Positions 37,777 through 58,281 are shown, numbered from the stretch's first letter. The stretch: DNA of 64,000 nt from the human T2T-CHM13v2.0 reference genome, Homo sapiens (GCF_009914755.1 NC_060944.1); one strand, 5' to 3'. Program-made: numbers and translations. Notes: generated by a model from the sequence alone, not told the origin.

Positions 37777-37923
37777 CTAATTTTTTACTTTCTCCAGTGG
37801 TTTCAAAACCAAACCTCCAGTTCAAATGCAACTTTAAAAATTATACTGCTACAACTTATGGATATTAAAATTACCCAAAGCTACAAACTATTTTCCTTTC
37901 TTTTACCCTATATTGACATATAA

Positions 37924-38332
<409 letters not shown>

Positions 38333-38537
38333 GAGTTTGTAGCTTTTTACTGAGTATTTTCAATTCTGCGACTTCATTCTGGAGAGTCATGTCATAAGCA
38401 AGCCAATTTTTCTACGTGAGGATATGTTTTGCAGCTTTGCTTGCAACTGTGAAAATTGGAAATAAACTCAATGTCCATCAGTAGGGAAGTGATTAATTAT
38501 ATTGTGTATCCACATGGAAAAGTGAGGGACTAATTTA

Positions 38538-38868
<331 letters not shown>

Positions 38869-38896
38869 TTATGTAATGACATAGAAAGTTATGTAG

Positions 38897-39250
38897 ACCA
38901 GTGCTAGAAAGTGCTACCCAATAGAACTTTCTGCAATGATGGAATGTTCTATGCTGTGCTGTCCAATACAGTAGCCACTAGTCACATGTAGTACTTGAAA
39001 TGTGGCAAGTGCAATGGAGAAACTGAGTGTGTAATGTAACTAAAGTAATTATTTATTTTATGTTATTCATTAATTTATTTTTAGAGACAGGGTCTTGCAA
39101 TCTTGCCCAGGCTGGTCTTGAACTTCTGGCCTCGAGCAATTCTCCTTCCTCAGCCTCCCAAGAAGCTGGGATGTTAGGTGTGTGCCACTGCACCCCGCTA
39201 TTTATTTGAATTTAAATTCCCACATGTGGCCTATGATATTGTACTGGACC
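38897..39250. mobile_element. MER3-like, interrupted by FLAM
   Basis: ccaatagaactttctgcaatgatggaatgttctat...gctgtccaatacagtagccactag. Confidence 0.75.
39050..39198 (-). mobile_element. FLAM monomer
   Basis: gagacagggtcttgc...ctggcctcgagcaattctcc. Confidence 0.85.
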
Positions 39251-39414
39251 TCACATATTTTAAATGTGTTTTGAGGACAGGCTAGTTGAAAAATGAAGAA
39301 TATGATTCCTCTAAAAGATAATAAATAATATATGTTAATTTAGAAATTTTTAAAAGTCAGACAGAAAATACACTGAACTAGTAATAGTGGGTTTCCCTGA
39401 GATATACTGAAGAC

Positions 39415-39714
<300 letters not shown>

Positions 39715-39987
39715 ATGTTGAAGACTTTTAATACCATATATTCATACAGTATTTGAATTTTTAAATAAGGAACATAATTTGTTTTGAAATAAACACTACA
39801 AAATAAAGTCAAACTCTGAAATTCTAAATTGCTTCAAGTTAAATGAACCGAGAGCGTGGTTGGAGGAGAAACCTGAGAGAATCTTCTGGAAGAATTACCA
39901 GAATTTCATGTACTCTGAGGAAGATGCTGGGGCTGACAGGTTTGAAGCCACCAGGTGGGGTTAACAGGGTACCATAGGGGCTCTTAG

Positions 39988-40325
<338 letters not shown>

Positions 40326-40733
40326 TAGAGACAAAGAGAGCTGAACTCTACTGCTCTGCTCCTCTGGTGGGTTGCAAATTCTAGTATGGTGTCTTCTTAC
40401 TGTATCCCAGTGCTTAGCACAATGACTAGCACAGAATCACTGTGCAGTAGACAGGAATGAAAGCCTGACAAGATGCTTCAAAGCCTTCATTACTGGGAAT
40501 TCAGCATCCAAGTTTAAACATGGTCTCTGTTGGTACCAAAGCGCACCCAGGTTTTAAGTATTTTAAAAGAGTGCCCAAAATATAATGGAAAGAGGCCGAT
40601 ACTTTCTTTTGCTAGGCCCTCCCTGCCAAGTCTAATAAACTGATAGATGTAAATTAGCATTGGGAGGATGGGCATTGTGGGGAAGGACAGAAATCTCTCT
40701 TTGCCTTCAGGAAGTTGCAATTAGGTAGATTGA

Positions 40734-41067
<334 letters not shown>

Positions 41068-41759
41068 TGAGGATAACATAGATCTAAAGCCCCTTGATGT
41101 GGAGAGTTTTTTCTTAAACTTTAAAGGTAACGGTATTCTCCACACTAGCAGGGGCAGAGGAATTTCAGGGAGTGCTCTGATTAGTGTAGTGTGATTTCTT
41201 GTTCATCCCTGAACCATGAGGAAGGCAGTGTTGATGGTAGGGGCGTGGAATACAGGTCTCTGATTGGCTGAATTGGGTGGGTAGATGGGGCGTGTGCAGT
41301 AAGGCAACATGATTGACAGCTTCCCCATGCCCTAGTGGAGTCAGGAAGAAGTTCCCTAAAGGTAGTGGGATGGCTGATGGAGGAAAAATTTTGCCGGGAA
41401 GACGAGAGCAATGTGCCGCACAGCTCCAGGGGCCGCCATTCTCACAGAATCACACAGATATGTACATCCTTCTTCCTTGCTTAAAATTCCCAAACTGCAC
41501 CTCAGCTGCCCAGTATTAATACAGTAAAACAGACTTACCCATCCCTATGGGAGTCACCTCAGCCTCAGAGGCACCCCTGTCTCCATCCCATTATCTCTGG
41601 ATGACGTGGCTTCTGCTGATTTAGTCAGGATGTGGCTTCTCAGGAGCTAGTAGCCTGTGGCCAAAGGATACATTTATTTACCCCTAAATTATACACTCCT
41701 ATTATATCCACAATTATGTACTCCACACAGTATATGGTGGTCCAGTGTATAAATATGGA

Positions 41760-41965
41760 GGCATAACCAGATAATTGGAATCTAATCATTCTACAAATAT
41801 TAACTAGGGCCCCACCACGTGTTGGACCTTTGTTTTTATCTCTCTAGGTCTCAATTTCCTCATCTATGAAATGAACATAATGCCGTTTGAGGATTCAGAG
41901 GCAGTACACATCAAATGTTTAACACAAGTACCTGGCACCCAGCACACACTCAATAAATAATAGTT
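41760..41965 (+). mobile_element. MIR
   Basis: tctcaatttcctcatctatgaaatg...cctggcacccagcacacactcaataaa. Confidence 0.75.
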
Positions 41966-42284
<319 letters not shown>

Positions 42285-42346
42285 CCCCCACAGCTGTTAT
42301 TAGTGTTCCACCATGCCTGGTGACCCTCAATTATGTAGTTACTGAG

Positions 42347-42644
42347 TTTTTTGTTTTTATTTTTTTTGAGACAGTCTCTCTCTGTGATCCATGTTGGAGT
42401 GCCGTGGCACAATCTCGGCTCACTGCAACCTCTGCCTCCCGATTCAAGCAATTCTCCTGCCTCAGCCTCCTGAGTAGCTGGGATTACAGGCACGTGCCAC
42501 CATGCCTGGCTAATTTTTATGTTTTTAGTAGAGACGGGGTTTCACCATGTTGGTCAGGCTGGTCTCAAACTCCTGACCTCGTGATCCACCTGCATCGGCC
42601 TCCCAAAGCGCTGGGATTACAGGCATGAGCCACAGCGCCCGGCC
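42347..42644 (-). mobile_element. Alu (AluSg)
   Basis: TSD CTGAGTTTT. Confidence 0.95.
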
Positions 42645-42947
42645 TGAGTTTTAAGTATGTTACATTATATGTAGGATGCCAAGAAAATAAGACATACTTC
42701 TTTCCCTTCCGGAAAAAGCAGGCCATTTGGGAAGGCAAGTCTCTCACTTGTATAGATCAGAGATAATCCCAAGAAGTGGGTGCCAAGGCACTCCTAGATA
42801 AGCTGCCCCTGCTCCTAGAAACCTGATTGGTTGCAGTGAAGGCCAGTTGGGAAAGCAACCCTATTGTATGCCCTCAGCTATGGAGTCCTCACAGTCACGG
42901 TCACAGGGTATTGCTTCATTAAGCTTCTCTGCTCTTCTTCTCCATGA

Positions 42948-43605
<658 letters not shown>

Positions 43606-43707
43606 TCTCAATCCAATTCTTTGGATTCTCAGCAAACAGTTTGATTGTTTTCAAAATCTATCAGAGATGAATACATGGTAATTGACTCATTCAAAAATAT
43701 ATATTGA

Positions 43708-43808
43708 CTGCTGGCTTCACCAGTACATATGCCAAAAACTGGAACGATACAGAGATTAGCATGGCCCCTGAGCAAGGGTGACTGGCAAATTCACAAAGCG
43801 TTTCATAT
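43708..43808 (+). pseudogene. U6 snRNA retrocopy (RNU6 pseudogene)
   Basis: ctgctggcttc...ggaacgatacagagattagcatggcccctgagcaagg...gcaaattc...aagcgtttcatat aligns to full-length U6; TSD ATATATATTGA 43697-43707/43813-43823. Confidence 0.93.
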
Positions 43809-43891
43809 GTGTATATATATTGAGCACCTACTATGTATTACACATGCCTATAAGCAAAAGGGAGGCAGGAGTGAGCAAGGCAGATATTGAC

Positions 43892-44193
43892 TTTTTGGTT
43901 GTTTTTTTTTTCAAGATGGAGTCTTGTTCTGTCATCCAGGCTGGAGTGCAGTGGTATGACCTGGGCTCACTGCAACCTCTGCCTCTCAAGTTCAAATGAT
44001 TCTTCTGTCTCAGCCTCCCAAGTAGATGGGATTACAGGCACGCACCACCACACCCGGCTAATTCTTGTATTCTTAGTAGAGACGGGGTTTCGCCATGTTG
44101 GCCTGGCTGGTCTTGAACTCCTGACCTCGTGGTTCGCCTGCCTCGGCCTCCCAAAGTGCTGGGATTACAGGTGTGAGCCACCGCACTCGGCCC
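43892..44193 (-). mobile_element. Alu (AluSg)
   Basis: TSD CAGATATTGAC. Confidence 0.95.
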
Positions 44194-44304
44194 CAGATAT
44201 TGACATTTTGATGGGAAAGAAGGACAATAAACAGAAATAGATACACAATCTTTCAGGAAATGATAGAGCTCTAAAGAAAAAGAAAGCAAGGTAAGGGGGA
44301 GCAC

Positions 44305-45490
<1,186 letters not shown>

Positions 45491-46029
45491 TCACGGCAGA
45501 CCTTTTTGATGAGGGGATATCTGAGCAGAGACCTGGATGAAGCGGGGCAGCAAGTGACGTGGATACAGGGCAGAAGCTTTCAAGGGGAGAGAAGGGCCAG
45601 GGCAAAGGCTCTGGTGCAGGAATGCGCTTGTGGTTCAGTACAGGGGCCAGTATGGCTGGAGCAATATGGAAGAGAAACACAGTGGCAGGAAATAAGATCA
45701 AAAAAAGGGGTGAGGAGAAATTGCAGGCTATGTAGACCTTTGCAGGGAATTGAGCAGAGAATGCTGCAATATGATCTCAGCTGAAGTTAAGGCTACTTCG
45801 GCTGCTGTACAGAAAAATAGCAGTTAGTGAAAGCATGGAAGGAGGGAGAAGCCAGCTGGGAGGCTACGATGGTTGTCCAGGTGAGACATGGACGGTGGCC
45901 AGCACTAGTGAGGTGGAGGAAGTGAGAGGTAGTCAGAATATGGATATATTCAAGGTAATGCTGATTGGACTCACTTTTTGATAGAAGCAGGGTATCAGAG
46001 AAGCAGAGGCTGGCAGAGCGGATGAGCTC

Positions 46030-46186
46030 TAGGCGGGACTCAATGTGTGGACCATAGACCAGCAGCATCAGCAGCATCTGCATCACGTATGAGAAATGAA
46101 GACTCTCGGGCGCTGCCTCTACCTACTGAATTTTAGCAAGACTACCAGGTGTTCCCCATGCACATCAAACTTTGAGAAATGCTATT
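46030..46186. mobile_element. MER5A
   Basis: gaccagcagcatcagca...acctactgaat...tgcacatcaaactttgagaa. Confidence 0.75.
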
Positions 46187-46385
46187 CTAGGTTGCTCTCA
46201 AGTCTGGCTGCAGATTTGAAACACCTGGCAAGCTTTTAAGACACGTACCAACGCTAGGTCTGGAGGTGGAGGGGCTGTTTGTTGGTATTCATATTTTTTA
46301 GCTCCTCAAGTGACCCTCATCTAATCCTTGGATCCCCATCCAGCCTTTCCACAAACTCTATGGGTTCTGACCTTAAAATATAGCC

Positions 46386-46447
46386 CAGTGTTACAGCTCT
46401 TTTAGAATTTGTCTAGCAGTCTTTCCAGTTTTTGCCGGAAAGCCCCT
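46386..46447 (+). pseudogene. U7 snRNA retrocopy (RNU7 pseudogene)
   Basis: CAGTGTTACAGCTCTTTTAGAATTTGTCTAG (U7 5' end plus U7-type Sm site) then stem-loop ending CCGGAAAGCCCCT; A-rich tail follows. Confidence 0.93.
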
Positions 46448-46493
46448 CTCACGCTTAAAATAATAATAATAATAAAATAAAATATATTTTAAG

Positions 46494-46894
<401 letters not shown>

Positions 46895-46945
46895 CCCACC
46901 CTCATTTATGTTATTTTTGGATTGAGTTTTCCTTTTGGTGTACAG

Positions 46946-47256
46946 TTTTTGTTTATTTGTTTGTTTTTTCTGAGACAGGGTCTCACTCTGCCACCCAGGC
47001 TGGAGTGCAATGGTGTGATCTCAGCTCATTGTAACCTCGGCTTACTGCAACCTCCGCCTCCTGGGTTCAAGTGATTCTCCTGCCTCAGCCTCCCAAGTAG
47101 CTGGGATTACAGGCATGCACCACCATGCCCAACTAATTTTGGTATTTTTTGGTAGAGACGGGGTTTCACCATTTTGGCCAAGCTGGTCTCAAACTCCTGG
47201 CCTCAAGTGATCCGCCCACCTCAGCCTCCCAGAGCCTGGGATTACAGGCGTGAGCT
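46946..47256 (-). mobile_element. Alu (AluJb/Sz)
   Basis: consensus match with short duplication. Confidence 0.9.
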
Positions 47257-47504
47257 GACGTGTTTTAACTCATCTATCAATTTGTGTTACTATCAGGAGG
47301 CAGACCAGTTCCGGCACTCTGAAGAGCTGCCATGGGACACCCTTTTTATAACCACACCATCCTTCTACACCTAAGTGAAGATCTGGTGCTGGGATTACAA
47401 GGGCAGGATGAGTGAACTCAGGTGTGATGATTGAAGACTTATGGGCCAAGAGACCCAGCAGGTCAAGATAGAGACATTTTTCCAACCTCAATCTAGAACT
47501 CAAT

Positions 47505-47700
47505 GAGGATAGCAAATACATTTCATCTGATTGTGCCCACTCCACCCAACTGCCTGGCAGGCTGGATTGTGAAGGACTCTAATGCATATCAGGGCTCAGC
47601 TGAAGAGTGTAATGGTTGATTAGTGATGCCTCTTGTGGACACAGGCCAATGGGAGGGGGTGCCTGTGCTGGAGAGTGTTGTTAGTGTCGGGGCTGATTGT
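47505..47700. mobile_element. MER102-like hAT-Charlie
   Basis: ggatagcaaatacatttcatct...gggctcagc...gattagtgatgcct. Confidence 0.55.
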
Positions 47701-47727
47701 CTACCAAGAGGGCGGGGAACGCCCTAG

Positions 47728-48133
<406 letters not shown>

Positions 48134-48529
48134 TAACAAGAATCATGACTTCCTTATAAATGCATAAAATCTCAGGGAGACAGAGAATTATGTCTGTGTG
48201 AGGATTTACAGTAGTGCTTAAAAATCCCAGATTGATTACAAGCTATCCCAGATGGCTTCAAACACAACAATACTGAAAGGAAGCAAGTTTATCATCAAAG
48301 AGAAAACTAGGAAGCAACTGTGGGAAATCACAGTTTGTCTAGATAAGAGAAGTCTACAAAGAGGCAGCAGGAGGCATTTGAACTGTTTTGTATTCTTATT
48401 GTAGTGGTGGTTACACAACTCTGAAAGTATGTTAAAACTCATAGAACGTACATACATATATAAAGTCAATAATTTAAAAATCTAAAATCTATTTAGCCAT
48501 GAAATATGATGCTATAGAACTTGGTTTGC

Positions 48530-48934
<405 letters not shown>

Positions 48935-49121
48935 TTAGAAGAATGTCTAGTTTATCAAGCCTATAACTTCAAAAAGACAATTATATAAGGTTAGGCTAAG
49001 TAGAAATTTGAGTTGCTTTAAAGGAAAATATAAAGTAAATAATTATACAGGTTTTATGCATGTAGACAAGATTTTTGATCGGGGTATGGGAATAAAGTTA
49101 TTTGTCTGAAAATCCTACCTT

Positions 49122-49434
49122 GACTGAGTGTGGTGGCTCATGCTTGTAATCCCAGAATTTGTGGGGGGCGGCCAAGACAGGAGGATTGCTTGACCCCAGG
49201 AATTTGAGGCCAGCCCTGGCAACACAGTGAGACCCTGTCTCTACAAAAAAAATAGAAAAATTATCCAGGCGTGGTGGCGTGTGCCTGTGGTCCCTGATAC
49301 TCCAGAGGTTGTGGTAGGAGGATGGCTTCAACCCAGGAATTTGAGGCTGCAGTGAGCTACAACTGTGCTACTGCACTCCAGCTTGGGTGACAGAGTGAGA
49401 CCCAATCTCAAAAAAAAAAAAAAAAAAAAAAAAA
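49122..49434 (+). mobile_element. AluJ
   Basis: TSD AAA(A/G)TCCTAC. Confidence 0.9.
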
Positions 49435-49658
49435 GTCCTACTGTTATAGAGTTTATAATCTAGCAAGTGCAGAAAAACAGGGATATTAAAAGATTATGAA
49501 ATAATTTTAAAAATCAGTTACCAACGCATAACACTGTGAATGTATTTAATGCCAGTAAACTGTACACTTTAAAATGGTTGAAATGCTAAAATTTATGTTA
49601 TATATATTTTAATATGATAAAAACCCAATTTCCAAACATATATTAAAAATGATGCCAT

Positions 49659-49968
49659 GCCCGGGTACAGTGGCTTACACCTGTAATCCCAGCACTTTGG
49701 GAGGCTGAGGCAGGTGGATCGCCTGAGGTCAGGAGTTCGAGACCAGCCTGATCAACATGGAGAAATTTTGTCTCTACTAAAAATACAAAAATTAGCTGGG
49801 TGTGGTGGTGCATGTCTGTAATCCCAGCTACACAGGAGGCTGAGGCAGGAGAATTGCTTGAACCCGGGAGGCGGAGGTTGCAGCCGTTGTACTTCAGATT
49901 GGGAAATCGTGCCATTGCACTCCAGACTGGGCAACAAGAGTGAAACTCAGACTCAAAAAAAAAAAAAA
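49659..49968 (+). mobile_element. AluSp
   Basis: TSD GATGCCAT. Confidence 0.95.
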
Positions 49969-50077
49969 GATGCCATTTTTGTAAAAGACATGCACATGTC
50001 TTTCTTATGCATAGGAAATTGGAAGGATGGATAGCTACTTTTATACATAGGAAATTGGATAGAAAGATAATACTGGT

Positions 50078-50395
50078 GGCTGGGCGCAGTGGCTCATGCC
50101 TGTAATCCCAGCACTTTGGGAGGCCAAGGCAGGCAGATCATGAGGTCAGGAGATCCAGACCATCCTGGCTAACATGGTGAAACCCTGTCTCTACTAAAAA
50201 AATACAAAAAAATTAGCCAGGCGTGGTGGCGGGCGCCTGTGGTCCCAGCTACTCGGGAGGCTGAGGCAGCAGAATGCATGAACCCGGGAGGTGGAGCTTG
50301 CAGTGAGCCGAGATCGCGCCACTGCACTCCAGCCTGGGCGACAGAGCGAGACTCCGTCTCAAAAAAAAAAAAAGAAAAAGAAAAAAGAAAAGAAA
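50078..50395 (+). mobile_element. AluY
   Basis: TSD AGAAAGATAATACT. Confidence 0.95.
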
Positions 50396-50432
50396 GATAA
50401 TACTTGTCATTTTTGGATAAGATTCTGACTGA

Positions 50433-50772
<340 letters not shown>

Positions 50773-50775
50773 TAG

Positions 50776-51126
<351 letters not shown>

Positions 51127-51229
51127 TGATTTTTTATTGAATGGCCAAAAAAAGGAGGGAAGGAGGGAGGGGTATCCTGGGGAGGTCAACGGAAATAAAA
51201 CCAAAATAAGATTTGAAAAAAGGAAACCA

Positions 51230-51480
51230 CTAAAAATGCAATGTGGCATCTTAGATCCTAGAACAGGAACAAGACATTAGTGGAAAAATCAGTAAAATCC
51301 AAATAAAGTCTAGAGGTCAGTTAACGGTATTTTACTAATGTTCATTTCTCAGTTACCGTGGTATGTAAGATGTCAAAATCTGGGGAAATTGAGTAGAGAG
51401 TATGTGTGAACTCTTAATACAATGTCTTTGTAACTTTTTGGTGAAATTAAAATTACTCCAAAACAAGAAATGTATTTTAA
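51230..51480 (+). mobile_element. L1MC-like 3' fragment
   Basis: atgcaatgtggcatcttagat...gacattagtggaaaaa...atgtaagatgt. Confidence 0.7.
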
Positions 51481-51699
51481 AAATTTAAGTTTAGAGGTTG
51501 GAATCATCTTTTTCCTCTTCAGTTTATATTACTGTCATTAACAATAGCCACCAATGACTAATGGCTAACTTTGGAATTTCCACAAATAGCAGGAGAAAAC
51601 CATTTGGGGTAGGCAACTATTGAAAAGTTACATTTAGATAGTCCCAAAACAAAAGAGAGAGATTTGCAAATTCAGAGGTGATTTTCTGTTTTCTTTTTT

Positions 51700-52500
51700 T
51701 TCTTAGCGTTCTATAAAAGTTCAGTGACGACTTTTAGAAATTCTCCTTTGGATATCCTTAGCTTCCAGGGCCGGAACCAGCACCCTCTAGCCTTCTATGA
51801 CTCAATCCATGCATATAGATTAGGGGCCAGATACTCTACTTGCATTTCCAGAAATATGAGGGGGGAGTACTTCCCAAGGAGAGGATGTAGTCTCTTTGAA
51901 ATTTGACCCTTTAAAAGTTGGGCTGCTGGACATTAATAAGGAAGAATTGAAAGTGCAGATCAATAAGACTTGCTGAAAATAAAACACACATTAGCATAGA
52001 GTGTTCTCCCTATAACCAAGATTAATGCCTTTTTAAACCAAACCAGAGCACAAAGGTATATCTTTGAGGCTAATTGCCGCTAGCAGATTGCAGAGAGAAA
52101 GAAAGACAGGCTTGGGGGCAGGGGCTGGTGGACAAAACCCAATTGCAGAACTCCTAAGAGCAGGAGTGAAATGAAATAACCCCTTGAGTTATGCAGAGAA
52201 TTTAACCAGCGCTGGGCTCGGTTTTATTGGGCATGCATTTGAAATTTAAATACGTTCTGGGGACAATGCCTTTTTACAGCATAGCCAGGAGCTTGCCAAA
52301 TAGGAGCACAGCAAGTTTATTAACAAGAGGACATGATCAAACATAAAATAGCAGGCTAAGGACTCCTTTTCTTGTACAGCCACGCTGAAAAGACTTCTGT
52401 GGAATTCCAATCCTGCTCTCGACACACCCCTTGTCTAGGACTGTATTTACTCAAACAGCCACCCTCATTTCCTTTTAAAATTTATTTGTCATTAGCCATT
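51700..52500. promoter_or_regulatory. repeat-free candidate cis-regulatory island
   Basis: TGACTCA 51798, multiple TAAT, ATCAAT, TTTATTG, CATAAA motifs. Confidence 0.3.
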
Positions 52501-52744
52501 ACTCACTGCAAAGCTACTTTTTGAGATTTTAATATCCCTTTTAATAAGGCACTATTCTTTGAAAACTACAATACCAACATTTTTGTTGGTACAGTGTTTT
52601 TTGGTATTTGAAAAACTATGAAATCAGAAGAACTTATGGCTTGAGATAGTCCCAGATGCATAAATACCCTAAATCAAATGGGCACTTGTTTAGAATGCTT
52701 TCTAAGGATGTTCCTCACCCATCTAAAACCCTTCCAACATATCG

Positions 52745-53090
52745 CATCATGGTTAAGCAGGTAGAATCTAGAATATGATTGTCTGGGTCTAAACCCAGGC
52801 CTCCTCCACCTTGGCCTTGGGCAAGTTCCTTAACATTTCTGTACCTGATGTCCTCATTTCTAAAATGGGGCTAATAATAGTCCCCACCTCATAGGGTTGT
52901 TTTAAGGGTATACATGTGTGTATACATACGCGTGTACACATGTTGCATATGTATATATTGCACATGTAATTGTGTGTGTGTGTTTATATATAGATATGTG
53001 TGTGTGTGTATTTATATATAGATGTGTGGGTGTGTGTATATTGTACTTCCAGGAGAATTCTCAATAAATGGGAGCTGTGGTTGTTTTAGC
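52745..53090 (+). mobile_element. MIR containing TG/TA low-complexity insert
   Basis: ccttgggcaagttccttaac...ctaaaatggggctaataatag...cctcatagggttgtt. Confidence 0.8.
52908..53042. repeat. (TG)n/(TA)n low-complexity tract
   Basis: alternating purine-pyrimidine runs. Confidence 0.85.
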
Positions 53091-53404
53091 TTTTTATTGT
53101 ATTATGGCTGTGAGGCAGAGCTTGTGTTCCTGTGTTTTTTCCCCAGGGGTGGTTTGGCCATGGAAATGAACGGGGTGGCAGGTGATGCTGGGGAGACCAA
53201 GGAAAGCAGGAAGAGTGAGGTTGGGAGCAAGAGAAAAGAAGGACGGGAGGTCCAGTCTCAGCTCCTTGCCCTTCTCCTGCCATCTCACTAGCCTCTTACC
53301 CCAGGCTTAGTCTCTCAGCTCTTCCCTTCGTTTTCTCCTGAGTTGATCCATTTTCTTAAAGTCTGACTGTCTTTCCTAACAATGTATTAGAAAATAAATA
53401 ATAA

Positions 53405-53886
<482 letters not shown>

Positions 53887-54039
53887 CCCCACCAAACTCC
53901 TGGTCAACCTCAAATCTGCATTCTTACAGGATTCACCTGCTTGGCTCCTGGCAACTCTATCCCACCACTGGCAAAACAACGGACAAACAAATAAACAAAA
54001 AAACAGGAGATTTCTTTGACTTTTCGATTTCTCTGCTTT

Positions 54040-55075
<1,036 letters not shown>

Positions 55076-55262
55076 TAATATCTGTCTACTTGACTACTAC
55101 CATCTATTCGAATACTCAAAGTCAGGGGCTGTACATGTTTGTGCTTACTCCAATGGCTGGTGCATGGCAGTCGTCCAGTACATTTTGTTGGGTGACTATA
55201 CATGGGCTTTGTAGGGCATCTGCTTCCTTCTCTGCAATAGGAGAAATGGGGAGTGCTGATTA

Positions 55263-55580
<318 letters not shown>

Positions 55581-55619
55581 TAGTAAGCCCAATCCTGCCT
55601 ATGGGGGCAGCTTTCCCTT

Positions 55620-56097
<478 letters not shown>

Positions 56098-56493
56098 TCA
56101 ACACAGATTAAAATTGAAACCCCTGGCAAGCAGAGGGCTTTTGTATTGAAGGAGGAAAACTCACCATCCCACAAAAGGTTGGCATGAAATTAAGGTGACA
56201 AGGGAAAAAAGGGCCATGAGCTACTGGCCAAATAATTCAGCTTAATCTCCAGGAAATGATTGTCATAGCCTTAGGAAGGTACATGTGCAGATTTGGAGAA
56301 CCCTGGCTGAAAGAGCCAGGCGGCCTCGGAAACAAATTCACATTGCATGCGACATGCCCAAGGGCAGCGGGCTCTGGCTTCAATCATGACTATATTACAG
56401 GAATGGAAATGACAAATGGGTTTGGGAGTGGCAGACATCTAACGATGATTACAGAGAACAGGAACCGCAGAATTAGGATGCACCCACAGTCAC

Positions 56494-56718
56494 TTTTTTT
56501 TTTTTTTTTTTTTTTTTTTCAGAGACAGGATCTTGTTCTGTCGCCCAGCGTGGAGTAGCATAATCATAGCTCACTGCAGCCTTGAACTCCTATGCTCAAG
56601 TGATCCTCCTGCCTCAGCATCCCAAAATGCTGGGATTACAAGCGTGCACCACTATGCCTGGCTAATTTATTTTATTTCATTTTTTGTAGAGATTGAGTCT
56701 CGTTTTGTTGCCCCGGCT
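56494..56718 (-). mobile_element. AluJ partial
   Basis: catagctcactgcagccttgaactcc. Confidence 0.85.
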
Positions 56719-56981
56719 GATCACAGTTACTTTTGAGTATATATAATCAGTGGCTATCAGGAACACAAGAGGCCCAGTTACTTCCATTTCTTGAGATTTT
56801 CTGTATATTAAAAAATTTAAAAGGGGATATTCTGTGTGATTTATTATCAAAACTGTGTGATATGTTAAATGTGTACAGTTTTAAATCATAACTTTTAACA
56901 AACCCCCAAAAAAGGCAAAACAAAACAAAACAAAACAAAAAAACCCTAAAAAAATGCAACATAATTGTGCTAGTCAAAGAT

Positions 56982-57276
56982 AATATATATATATATTTTT
57001 GAGATGGAGTTTTGCTCTCTCGACCAGGCTGGAGTGCAGTGGCACAACCTTGGGTCACTGCAACCTCCACCCCCTGGGTTCAAGTGATTCTTGTGCCACA
57101 GCCTCCCGAGTAGCTGGGATTACAGCATACACCACCATGCCCAGCTGAATTTTGGATTTTTAGTAGAGACAGGGTTTCACCATGTTGGCCAGGCTGGTCT
57201 CGAACTCCTGACCTCAAGTGCCTGCCTCGGCCTCCCAAAGTGCTAGGATTACAAGCGTGAGCCACCGCGCCTGGCC
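56982..57276 (-). mobile_element. Alu (AluSz) with (TA)n tail
   Basis: consensus match. Confidence 0.95.
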
Positions 57277-57365
57277 AACCAAAGATAGTTTTAAGAAACA
57301 TTAATTCATTTGTGCTGTACACTGTGGTCCAGTGATGAGACCCACGTTTAAAATTGTACAAAATC

Positions 57366-57909
<544 letters not shown>

Positions 57910-57961
57910 TTAATTTAGTATAATGTTTTCGAAGTTTCTCTTTATTGTGTCACAGAATTCC

Positions 57962-58281
57962 TGCCAGGCAAGGTAGTTTATGCCTGTAATCCCAGCACTT
58001 TGCGAGGCCGAGGCAGGAGGATCGCTTAAGCCCAGAAGTTCAAGATCAGCCTGGATAACATAGCAAAACCCCATCTCTAACAAAAATTAATTTAAAAAAT
58101 TAATTAAAAAAAAAAAGCCAGGTATGGTGGCACACACCTGTGGTCCATGTGGGAGCCTGAGGTGGGAGGATTGCTTGAGCCTAGGAGGCGGAGGCTGCAG
58201 TGGGCTGTGGTCACACCACTGCACTCCAGCCTGGGCACAGAGAGAGAACCTGTCTCAAAAAAAAAAAAAAAAAAAAAAAAA
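57962..58281 (+). mobile_element. AluJ
   Basis: consensus match. Confidence 0.9.

Noticed and set aside
50010-50059. 14-bp direct repeat CATAGGAAATTGGA
   Set aside because: Short local duplication in degraded repeat-like DNA with no supporting feature.
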